This document shows, in pieces, positions 36,347 through 44,271 of a stretch of DNA of 55,287 nucleotides. The DNA is from Limisphaerales bacterium. GTDB taxonomy: Bacteria > Verrucomicrobiota > Verrucomicrobiia > Limisphaerales > CANJXF01. The stretch lies in assembly GCA_046595315.1 (NCBI GenBank), contig JBKJOZ010000377.1, positions 1 through 55,287 of the forward strand, in the 5' to 3' direction. The notes under the pieces are model-generated. The model did no database searches. It was not told where the DNA came from and was given only the letters and a program-made list of their open reading frames with translations. The position numbers and the translations under genes were made by a program. Position 1 is the stretch's first letter. Each line of letters begins with the position of its first letter.

Positions 36347-36434
36347 CAGGTAAATTTCCCGTTAACGATCAGGGTTCTCCACGCTGACAAATTAATGCCG
36401 CCCGACTAGACTCTGGCCGTTACGACTGAAAACT
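36347..36434. promoter_or_regulatory. Divergent intergenic region between the stress-type operon and the + strand glycan operon (inferred from orientation)
   Basis: An 88-nt gap between divergently transcribed first genes. No consensus elements were assigned. Confidence 0.25.
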
Positions 36435-37634
36435 ATGAAATTGCTTTTTGTTCACGAACGATTCGGCGCTCTGGCGGGCGCGGAAGCCAATGCCCACATC
36501 ACCGCAACGGAATTGAAGCGTCGCGGCCATAGCATCGGAATTCTTCATGGCCCAGCGACCGGCAAGGGCGAGGCCGCCTGGTTGCAAACTTTTTCCAAAC
36601 GTTTTTCCCTCGCAGCGAAAGGCAATGGGGCGCGCGTTCATGCGGCGCTGGAATTTTTTCAGCCGGATCTTGTTTACGTTCACAAAATGGCCGATCTTGA
36701 GGTGATTGCCTCGCTGGTTGCGGCCAAAGTTCCCGTCGTGCGCATGGTTCATGATCACGACATCTACTGCATGCGCAGTTACAAATATCATTATCTCACT
36801 CGCAAAATTTGCACCCGCGCGGCCGGACCCTTTTGTGTTTTCCCATGCGGCAGTTTTATAACGCGCAATCATGAAAGCGGCCTTCCGATAAAATTCGTAA
36901 GCTATCAGGAGAAGAAAAAAGAAATTTTTTTAAACCAACAATTTCAGCGCATGATCGTGGTGACGCAATACATGAAAGAGGAATTGCTGCGTAATGGATT
37001 TTCCGACGACAAAATCGAAATTCACGCGCCGGTTCCCCGCATGGGCGACCCAGATTTGCGCAGTAGTTTTAGCGAACGGAATTTAATTGTTTACGCCGGA
37101 CAAATCATTCGAGGAAAGGGTGTCGATATCTTACTCGAATCGCTCGCGCGGATGACGGTGCCTTTTGAATGCATTATTCTCGGCGACGGCAGCCACCGGC
37201 CTTACTGCGAAAAATTATGCAAAAAACTTGGTCTCAACGACCGCGTTCGTTTCATGGGATTTGTTCCCCAGGAAGAACTTAAAAATTTTTATCGCGAATG
37301 CACCGTGATGGCCATTAGCTCCGTTTGGCCTGAGCCATTCGCCACCATCGGCATGGAAGCGATGCGCTACGGAATTCCAGTGGTTGCTTTCGATGCAGGT
37401 GGCATCAAGGACTGGCTCCATGATGGTCAAAACGGTTTTCTCGTTCCCTGGATGGATCGCGACCGATACGCCGCACGAATCGAACAGCTTTTGAGAAACA
37501 AAGCACTCGCACGCGAAATGGGCGAACACGGTCATCGCGTTGTCGATGAACAATTCAGTTTTTCTCAATATATCCTCGACCTCGAAAACACCTTTCAAAA
37601 AGTGGTGGATGAATCGCGCCTGGTGGCGGCGTAA
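36435..37634 (+). CDS. Glycosyltransferase family 4
   Basis: 399 aa starting MKLLFVHERFGALAGAE. The C-terminal motif reads VMAISSVWPEPFATIGMEAMRYGIPVVAFDAGGIKDWL. Confidence 0.85.
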   Translation: MKLLFVHERFGALAGAEANAHITATELKRRGHSIGILHGPATGKGEAAWLQTFSKRFSLAAKGNGARVHAALEFFQPDLVYVHKMADLEVIASLVAAKVPVVRMVHDHDIYCMRSYKYHYLTRKICTRAAGPFCVFPCGSFITRNHESGLPIKFVSYQEKKKEIFLNQQFQRMIVVTQYMKEELLRNGFSDDKIEIHAPVPRMGDPDLRSSFSERNLIVYAGQIIRGKGVDILLESLARMTVPFECIILGDGSHRPYCEKLCKKLGLNDRVRFMGFVPQEELKNFYRECTVMAISSVWPEPFATIGMEAMRYGIPVVAFDAGGIKDWLHDGQNGFLVPWMDRDRYAARIEQLLRNKALAREMGEHGHRVVDEQFSFSQYILDLENTFQKVVDESRLVAA

Positions 37635-37771
37635 CATGCGGTTGATCAAGGACAAATCCTTACCGGAGCGGGGTGAATTTTCCGTGCCTTCGAACAGCCC
37701 TCTCCTGATTGTGGAACCCGCTTCCAAAGTTTTAAATCGTCCTGCAACAGAGGAATAAAAATCGCAACGAT

Positions 37772-38413
37772 TTGAAAAAAAACAGACCACAATTTATCGC
37801 CATCGTCGGCGGCAGCGGCTCAGGAAAAACCTGGCTTGCCGACCGGCTCGGAAAATCATTTGGTAAAAAAGTCGCGCGCATTTCCCTCGATGATTTTTAT
37901 CGGGACCGCTCCCATCTCTCCGTCAAACAACGGAACCAAATCAACTTCGATCATCCCCGGGCAATTGATTGGAAAAATGTGGAGCGTGTGCTCAATGATT
38001 TTGCCGCAGGCCGCGCCGTGCGCACACCAAAATACAATTTTACGACTCACGCGCGCGAAGAAAAATCAATTTCAATGAAACCCAAGCCGCTCATCATCAT
38101 GGACGGACTTTGGCTCTTGCGCCGCCCGGTTCTGAGACGTCTTTTTTCTTGCCGCATCTTCGTCGATTGCCCGGGTTCAATATGTCTGCGCCGACGTCTG
38201 GAGCGAGACCTCGCTGAACGCGGCCGTGACGCTTCCGCTGTGCGAAAACAATTTCTCAAACATGTCCTGCCCATGCAGGAACGGTTCGTTGCCTCACAAC
38301 TGCGCTGGGCCAATGTCGTGATCAAACAACCGAGCGAGAATCAAATCAGCCAACTGACCGAACAATTAAAAACAATTTTGAAAACAAATAATTATGAGCG
38401 AACAGCAAATTAA
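37772..38413 (+). CDS. udk: Uridine kinase
   Basis: 213 aa with a TTG start. It has the P-loop IAIVGGSGSGKTWLA and is collinear with E. coli Udk (FYRDRSHLSVKQRNQINFDHPRAIDW, IIMDGLWLL, IFVDCPGSICLRRRLERDLAERGR). Confidence 0.85.
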   Translation: MKKNRPQFIAIVGGSGSGKTWLADRLGKSFGKKVARISLDDFYRDRSHLSVKQRNQINFDHPRAIDWKNVERVLNDFAAGRAVRTPKYNFTTHAREEKSISMKPKPLIIMDGLWLLRRPVLRRLFSCRIFVDCPGSICLRRRLERDLAERGRDASAVRKQFLKHVLPMQERFVASQLRWANVVIKQPSENQISQLTEQLKTILKTNNYERTAN

Positions 38414-39122
38414 CGCATTGCTCGTGAAACGTTTTCTTCAAACGCAAACTGTTTGGGGCCGGCAGCGGCTTCGTTTGGCCGTACACTGGAAACAATTTTC
38501 CTGGCGCGTCGTGGTTTCGTCCGCCCTCTTCCTCAAGCGGACTTTTGATGTTGTCGCGAGTTTTGTTTTCCTGGTGGTTTTCTCGCCGCTATTTCTGCTC
38601 ATCTCGGCGCTGATAAAACTGGAAGATGGCGGCCCGGTTTTCTTTGGGCAAACCCGGATTGGGAAATTTGGTTCCAAGTTCAAAATGTGGAAGTTTCGTT
38701 CCATGTGCATTGATGCCGAGGCTCGCATGAAGGATTTGCTTGCCAAAAACCAGCACAAGGATGGAGTAACCTTCAAAATTAAAGACGATCCGCGCGTTAC
38801 CAAAGTGGGTAAATGGCTTCGCAAATTTTCCCTCGATGAATTACCCCAATTTTTCAACGTCTTCATTGGCAATATGTCGCTGGTTGGCCCACGTCCGCCG
38901 GTGCCGCGCGAGGTCGCGCTCTACACCTTATCGGATCGACGTCGCCTCGCGGCACTTCCTGGAATTACCTGCTTCTGGCAAATCGGCGGTCGCAGCGAAA
39001 TTGATTTTTCTGGGCAAGTGCAGCTCGATGTTCGTTACATCGAGAGCCAAAGTTTTTGGTTGGATATTAAAATTTTAGCCAAAACCGTTCCAGCGGTTTT
39101 GTTCAGCAAAGGGGCATATTAA
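38394..39122 (+). CDS. Small monotopic phosphoglycosyl transferase (PglC/WcaJ-C-terminal type bacterial sugar transferase)
   Basis: 242 aa with a re-entrant helix carrying the Ser-Pro break (FVFLVVFSPLFLLISAL). It has GPVFFGQTRIGKFGSKFKMWKFRSM, the catalytic DE in SLDELPQFFNVFIGNMSLVGPRP, and LPGITCFWQIGGR. It overlaps udk by 20 nt. Confidence 0.9.
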   Translation: MSEQQINALLVKRFLQTQTVWGRQRLRLAVHWKQFSWRVVVSSALFLKRTFDVVASFVFLVVFSPLFLLISALIKLEDGGPVFFGQTRIGKFGSKFKMWKFRSMCIDAEARMKDLLAKNQHKDGVTFKIKDDPRVTKVGKWLRKFSLDELPQFFNVFIGNMSLVGPRPPVPREVALYTLSDRRRLAALPGITCFWQIGGRSEIDFSGQVQLDVRYIESQSFWLDIKILAKTVPAVLFSKGAY

Positions 39123-40417
39123 TGAAAGCTGTCCTTATTTGTCCTGCGGAGCGTGCGGAAGTTAGCGCACTCGAAGAATTTACGCCTTTGGTAAATCTTT
39201 CCATTCTGGGCAATCCCTTCATCCATCACTGGCTTGAATATCTCGCGGTCTGCGGGATTAAAAATGTGACCGTTCTCGCGGCAGATCGTCCCGAGCAAAT
39301 TCGCGCCGAAGTGGGCGACGGTTCACGCTGGGGAGTGCAAGTAGAAATTATTCCCGAATCTCACGAGCTCACTCTTGAAGAAGCACGCCAAAAATTGGGC
39401 GGCTCTGACGACATTATTTTGATCGACCACTTGCCGGGGTTGCCCACCGAAAAACTTTTTGCGAGTTATGTCGCTTTTTATTCTACCGTTCACAGGTGGA
39501 TCGAGAAAAATTCTCACCTAATGCAAATCGGTTTAAAAGAAATTCGTCCTGGCATCTGGGCTGGACTACACAGTCAAATTTCTCCGCGTGCGACACTGAC
39601 TGCGCCTTGCTGGATCGGTGAAAATGTTTTGATCAACGCAGACGCCGAGGTCGGCCCAATGACGATTTTAGAACGTGGCGTGGTTGTCGAAAGCGGCGCA
39701 ACAATCACCCATGCGTGGATCGGCAAAGAAACTTTTGTCGGCAACTTTACTCAGGTGAATAACTCCCTCGCCTTCGGAAACACGTTGGTAAATTTCATGA
39801 ACGCCTCCGTCGTGATAATCACCGATCCATTTTTGCTGTGCGCTTTGCAAGACCGGGAAATTTCTGTGAGTGCCGGAAATTTGTTTGGACGATGCGTAGC
39901 CCTCATCGTTCTGGCCTTAACCTCCCCGTTCGCCCTCGTGACAATGCTGAAAGCCAGATTCTTGGGTCACCGCACTTTTCGTCAGCGCCGAGCTATCGCA
40001 TCGCATTCGACCCCCCAACAATATCCAACGTTTATTTATTACGAATTTTCTTCGGCAAACGGATGGTGGAAACGCTGGCCGCAGTTATGGAGCATCGTGT
40101 GTGGCGAATTCACTTGGGTCGGCAACCGTCCGCTCACAACTTTTCAGGCCGGACAATTAGCCAATGAATTTGAGCGGCTCTGGCTCGCGGCGCCGATTGG
40201 ATTAATTTCCAAGGGTGATTCAGAAGGTTGCTCTGATTTGTCTTCCGACGAAGCCCATGCTCACGCCAGCTTCTATGCGGCACAAGCCAACTGGCGTTTA
40301 GATCTGATGATTCTTTTTCGCACCGTCAAACACTTGGCCGGGCGGAAAAAACCGGCCTCCGTGCAAAACGATTCAGCCACACTGAAAACGCGCCGTTTCA
40401 CCTTGCTGGCGCGTTAG
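39122..40417 (+). CDS. Fusion protein: degenerate NTP-transferase-like domain + left-handed beta-helix (hexapeptide) + degenerate sugar-transferase (pseudo-PGT) domain
   Basis: 431 aa; the ATG overlaps the PGT stop (TAATG). The N-terminus keeps the nucleotidyl-transferase layout (NLSILGNPFIHHWLEYLAVCGIKNVTVL..GDGSRWGV) but lacks the GxGxR loop. Hexapeptide repeats span about aa 150-235. The C-terminus has PGT-like blocks (LALTSPFALV, WPQLWSIVCGEFTWVGNRPL, AAPIGLIS, NWRLDLMILFRTV) with KR in place of the catalytic DE. Confidence 0.6.
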   Translation: MKAVLICPAERAEVSALEEFTPLVNLSILGNPFIHHWLEYLAVCGIKNVTVLAADRPEQIRAEVGDGSRWGVQVEIIPESHELTLEEARQKLGGSDDIILIDHLPGLPTEKLFASYVAFYSTVHRWIEKNSHLMQIGLKEIRPGIWAGLHSQISPRATLTAPCWIGENVLINADAEVGPMTILERGVVVESGATITHAWIGKETFVGNFTQVNNSLAFGNTLVNFMNASVVIITDPFLLCALQDREISVSAGNLFGRCVALIVLALTSPFALVTMLKARFLGHRTFRQRRAIASHSTPQQYPTFIYYEFSSANGWWKRWPQLWSIVCGEFTWVGNRPLTTFQAGQLANEFERLWLAAPIGLISKGDSEGCSDLSSDEAHAHASFYAAQANWRLDLMILFRTVKHLAGRKKPASVQNDSATLKTRRFTLLAR

Positions 40418-40607
40418 CCCCTAAATTTTATAATTTTTTCCCCTCAGGGGTTTCAGGCGAACACTGAGAAAAATGTGCGGCCATCGCCGCTGGAAGAAAG
40501 GTGCCCCCCCTGATTGTTGAGCCGTCTTTGCGCAACCTATAGTCAACGCGTATTTCCGAGCAGGAAGCAGGCAAATCCAAGGTCTTGCAGAAATAAAAAA
40601 AACATCT

Positions 40608-40910
40608 ATGAAAGTTCAAATTTGCGGAGACACATTAAGCATCACCGGTATGAAAGAATTAGGCGCGTCCAACGCTAATTCGTTTCGCGACCACGTTCGT
40701 GCAGCGCTGACCGAAGCAAACAAAATTATCGAGATCGATCTTTCCCAAACCATGTTCGTGGACAGCTGCGGACTGGGGGCGTTGATTTCGCTTCATAAAG
40801 TTGCCTGCACGCGAAATGGGCAAGTGCGCCTGCTCAATCCCACTCCGCCCGTCCAGCAGATTCTGGAACTCACCCGGATGCATCGCATTTTTGAAATCGT
40901 AAAACGCTGA
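40608..40910 (+). CDS. STAS-domain anti-sigma-factor-antagonist-like protein (SpoIIAA/RsbV/SypA-like)
   Basis: 100 aa. The phospho-acceptor context is conserved (MFVDS53CGLGALISL), followed by LNPTPPVQQILELTRMHRIFEI. Confidence 0.85.
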   Translation: MKVQICGDTLSITGMKELGASNANSFRDHVRAALTEANKIIEIDLSQTMFVDSCGLGALISLHKVACTRNGQVRLLNPTPPVQQILELTRMHRIFEIVKR

Positions 40911-40914
40911 GGAC

Positions 40915-42702
40915 ATGCCGCCCTCCCTCCCAATGCCATCGACCGCACGCCTCGGGTTTTCCATGGCGTGCGAATTGGAAGAAGTCCGCCCGATTGCCAA
41001 AGCCACGCGCGAATTTTTAGCCGCCAAAGGATTATCAGAAAATGAACTCATGGCGTGCGAATTGGTTTTGGTTGAGGCGTGCAACAACGCGGTGCTCTAC
41101 GTGATTCCATCGAGGCAACTCGAGCCAATCGGCGTTGAAATCTTCTGCGACGATTCGAAAATTGAGATCCAGATTCACGACCACACTGCTGGTTTTGAAC
41201 TGCCCGAACAGGTTGATCTGACCGACCTAGAAAGCGAAAGCGGGCGCGGTCTTTTCATCATCCAATCTTTGATGGATGACGTCAGTTACGCTGGGGGATT
41301 TGGGGAAAACACTCTGACGCTTCGCAAAATCCGCCCGCCGCAAAACAAAGAAATCATCTCAGAGAAAACGATTGAAAAACTGAAATTAAAACTGGCCGAG
41401 AACGAACAGATCATTGATGACATGACCGAGGAAATCAGTTCCTGCTACGAAAGTTTGTCTGCCATCTTTAGGAGCGGCGCTGAACTCGGGAAGTCTCACA
41501 ATCTCCAAACTTTCTCGCGATCATTGTGCGACGATTTGCTGAAAATTAATTCTGCTGACTGGTTTTTGCTCCGCATCGCACCGAAGGACGATACTGCGTT
41601 ATCCGTTTTCGTTTCGTCAGATTCCTCGGTTCAACTGCCCAGCATTTCTCCGGTTAATTCGGACGTTCATTCATTTGCGGAGATTAAGGCCGCCACCAGC
41701 CAAAAAGATGTTTGGTTCAATTCGAGAAATCCGCTCCACCCAAATGATCCGCTTCACGCCATGCCAGCGGCGCGCGTTGGATTGGTTCACCCGTTCTATT
41801 TTTCCGAAACTCTCATTGGAACTTTAGCCATTGGCAAAACACGAGCAGAACATCCTTTTACGTCAGCACATCTCAACGTGATCCATACGGTTTCCGATTT
41901 TTTAGCCATGCAGATCGTCAATGCTCGCCTTTACGAGGAACGACTCAATCACGGCTTGGTGACCCGTGAATTGGAAATTGCACGCGAAATTCAACGCGCT
42001 TTGCTCCCGAAAAAATTGCCGCGATTGCCCGGCTTTGCTCTCGCCGGTTTTTGCGAAAGTGCAAGACATGTGGGTGGAGATTTTTACGACGCCGTTCAAA
42101 TCGATGAACATTCTGCGCTGCTCGTGATCGCTGATGTGATGGGGAAAGGTGTCCCGGCGGCAATGTTCGCCGCGATTTTGCGCAGCATTTTGCGCGGTTC
42201 ACCAGAACTGGTCCGCCAACCCGCCGCGCTGCTGACCCGCGTGAACGGATTACTTCACGAAGAACTTTCCGATGTCGAAATGTTTATCACGGCACAACTG
42301 GCGTTCATCGACGTGCGTAAGCGTGAACTGATCGTCGCCAATGCCGGACATTGCCCTGCCCTGCTCTTTTGCGAAAACAATCCGGTGCCCAAACAAATTT
42401 CTCCGGAGGGAATGCCGCTCGGTATTTTGCGAAACGCTCTTTTCACCGAGGTGAAGGAACCATTGTTCCACCAATGCCGGGTTGTCTTCTACACCGATGG
42501 AGTTACGGAATCGCGCAACGCCAATGATCAATTTTTTGGGCATCAACGTCTCGTCGATTGGATGAGCGCGACGGCCGGAAAATTTCTAACGGCGGAACAA
42601 TTGAAAGAGTCTCTCGCGGCGGAGTTGAACCTTTTTCGGGATCGTAGCGCCCCGAGTGACGACCAGACATTTTTAATTTTGGCAGAGAATTTTCTAAACT
42701 GA
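40915..42702 (+). CDS. Fused RsbW/SpoIIAB-type serine kinase - GAF-like - SpoIIE/PP2C serine phosphatase
   Basis: 595 aa. The kinase half has ELVLVEACNNAVLY, HDHTAGFE and ESGRGLFIIQSLMD. The GAF-like middle ends LIGTLAIGK...FLAMQIVNARLYEE. The PP2C half has REIQRALLP, GGDFYD, IADVMGKGVPAAMF, FYTDGVTES and DDQTFLIL. Confidence 0.85.
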   Translation: MPPSLPMPSTARLGFSMACELEEVRPIAKATREFLAAKGLSENELMACELVLVEACNNAVLYVIPSRQLEPIGVEIFCDDSKIEIQIHDHTAGFELPEQVDLTDLESESGRGLFIIQSLMDDVSYAGGFGENTLTLRKIRPPQNKEIISEKTIEKLKLKLAENEQIIDDMTEEISSCYESLSAIFRSGAELGKSHNLQTFSRSLCDDLLKINSADWFLLRIAPKDDTALSVFVSSDSSVQLPSISPVNSDVHSFAEIKAATSQKDVWFNSRNPLHPNDPLHAMPAARVGLVHPFYFSETLIGTLAIGKTRAEHPFTSAHLNVIHTVSDFLAMQIVNARLYEERLNHGLVTRELEIAREIQRALLPKKLPRLPGFALAGFCESARHVGGDFYDAVQIDEHSALLVIADVMGKGVPAAMFAAILRSILRGSPELVRQPAALLTRVNGLLHEELSDVEMFITAQLAFIDVRKRELIVANAGHCPALLFCENNPVPKQISPEGMPLGILRNALFTEVKEPLFHQCRVVFYTDGVTESRNANDQFFGHQRLVDWMSATAGKFLTAEQLKESLAAELNLFRDRSAPSDDQTFLILAENFLN

Positions 42703-42703
42703 T

Positions 42704-43060
42704 ATGTCCAGAAAAATATTAATCATCGATGACAAGCCGTTTATGGTGCGACTGATTCAGCACCACTTGGAGCGCGCGGGTTATGAATTGATCAAGGCGC
42801 GAAATCCACAGGAAGCGGCCGACGCCATCGCCCTGCAATCTCCTGAACTCGTCTTGTTGGATGAATCAGGTGCCAATCAAATCACGCTCGGCGATTTCAA
42901 AGCAAAAGAACCGGCTCATCGCTTGCCGGTGATTCGCATGACCGACATGCCACAGACTCTCGATGAAAACCACCCCGGCAACGAAGTCGTTTTAACCAGA
43001 CCGTTCAGCCCGACTCACTTGGTCGCGGAAGTAAAACGGTTAGTGCGCGAAACCAAATAA
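42704..43060 (+). CDS. Stand-alone receiver (REC) domain protein, atypical
   Basis: 118 aa with the acidic pocket ILIIDDK, phospho-acceptor LVLLDES and Thr in VIRMTD. The conserved Lys position reads Arg (LTRPFSP) and the post-Asp 'MP..dG' turn is absent. Confidence 0.75.
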   Translation: MSRKILIIDDKPFMVRLIQHHLERAGYELIKARNPQEAADAIALQSPELVLLDESGANQITLGDFKAKEPAHRLPVIRMTDMPQTLDENHPGNEVVLTRPFSPTHLVAEVKRLVRETK

Positions 43061-43065
43061 ATAAA

Positions 43066-44259
43066 ATGAAATCTGTTCTCCCTATTTTTATCATGATCGA
43101 CGCCTGCGGTTGGGAAATCGTGAAGCGCGATCCTTTTCTCAACTCGATTGCGCCGGAACGGAAAAAGCTCGGCTCCGTTTTCGGTTACAGCTCGACTTGC
43201 GTGCCCTCCATTCTCTCCGGGCGCTGGCCCGTCGAACATCGCAATTGGTGCTACTTTGTTTACGACCCAAAAAATTCTCCGTTCAAATTTCTTAAGCCGT
43301 TACGCTGGTTGCCCTCGGCCCTCACCAGTCGTCGTATTTTCCGGCGCTGGCTCACGAAGCTCGTTCGCCGCCACCTTGGCTTCGAAGGCTATTTTGATCT
43401 CTACAACATTCCGTTCAAACACATCACGCTTTACGACTTCAGTGAAAAGAAAAGCCCACTCAAGCCCAAGGGAATGAATCGTGGCTCAAATATTTTTGAT
43501 TTTCTGGGCGAGAACAAAATTCCTTATTTCGTGAGCAACCCCGACAAAACGGAGCCGGAAAATTTTGAAAATCTCCTCACCACAATCAAAGGCGAGAAAA
43601 TTGATTTCGCATTTTCTTACTGGCCCGGACTCGACGGACTGCTGCACAGCGTCGGCAATCAATCGCCCGAGGTTCCAAAACGCCTGCGTCATTATGAACA
43701 GTGGATCGAAAAAGTGATGGCGACGGCGCGCGAACATTACGACGAAGTGAAGCTCTACGTTTTCAGCGATCATGGGATGGCCAATTGTGATGAGTTAATC
43801 GATTTGAAAGCCAAGATCGATGCGCTTGATGTGAAAATGGAAAAGGATTACGCCGTGGTTTACGACTCCACCATGGCACGCTTTTGGTTCTTCAACAAAA
43901 ACGCTCGCGAGAAAATTTCCCGTTGCCTGCAAGGTGTTCCAGAAGGCCGGATCCTGCCTGATTCCGAACTGGAAGAAATGCGCGCTCTTTTTCCAGATCG
44001 CTATTTTGGGGAATTAATTTTCCTCGTAAAAGAGGGCGTTTTGATTGTGCCAAGTCACATGGGCGAACGCCCCATTCGCGCCATGCATGGCTATCATCCT
44101 TCGGACAAACACAGTTACGCCGCGCTGTTCACGAACCAGACAGAAATTCCCGACGACATCAATGCCATCCCCGATATTTATAAATTGATGACGCAGGAGG
44201 CTGAACAGGCGCGCATCGAAAACAAAAAACCATCGGCGGTTCATGCCGCCGCAATTTAA
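43066..44259 (+). CDS. Alkaline-phosphatase-superfamily type I phosphodiesterase/nucleotide pyrophosphatase-like enzyme (cytoplasmic)
   Basis: 397 aa with no signal peptide or TM. It has the metal/nucleophile blocks FIMIDACGWE and GYSSTCVPSILSGRWPVEH, plus GLDGLLHSVG, VFSDHGM and AMHGYH. Confidence 0.7.
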   Translation: MKSVLPIFIMIDACGWEIVKRDPFLNSIAPERKKLGSVFGYSSTCVPSILSGRWPVEHRNWCYFVYDPKNSPFKFLKPLRWLPSALTSRRIFRRWLTKLVRRHLGFEGYFDLYNIPFKHITLYDFSEKKSPLKPKGMNRGSNIFDFLGENKIPYFVSNPDKTEPENFENLLTTIKGEKIDFAFSYWPGLDGLLHSVGNQSPEVPKRLRHYEQWIEKVMATAREHYDEVKLYVFSDHGMANCDELIDLKAKIDALDVKMEKDYAVVYDSTMARFWFFNKNAREKISRCLQGVPEGRILPDSELEEMRALFPDRYFGELIFLVKEGVLIVPSHMGERPIRAMHGYHPSDKHSYAALFTNQTEIPDDINAIPDIYKLMTQEAEQARIENKKPSAVHAAAI

Positions 44260-44271
44260 CCCAAAATCAAG

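Noticed and set aside
40428-40619. A 63-aa minus-strand ORF in the 190-nt gap upstream of the STAS gene, and a short CCCC-TCA-GGGG hairpin near 40443-40453.
   Set aside because: The ORF has no motif, and its start would overlap the STAS start. The hairpin has only a 4-bp stem and no following T-tract, so it cannot be called a terminator.
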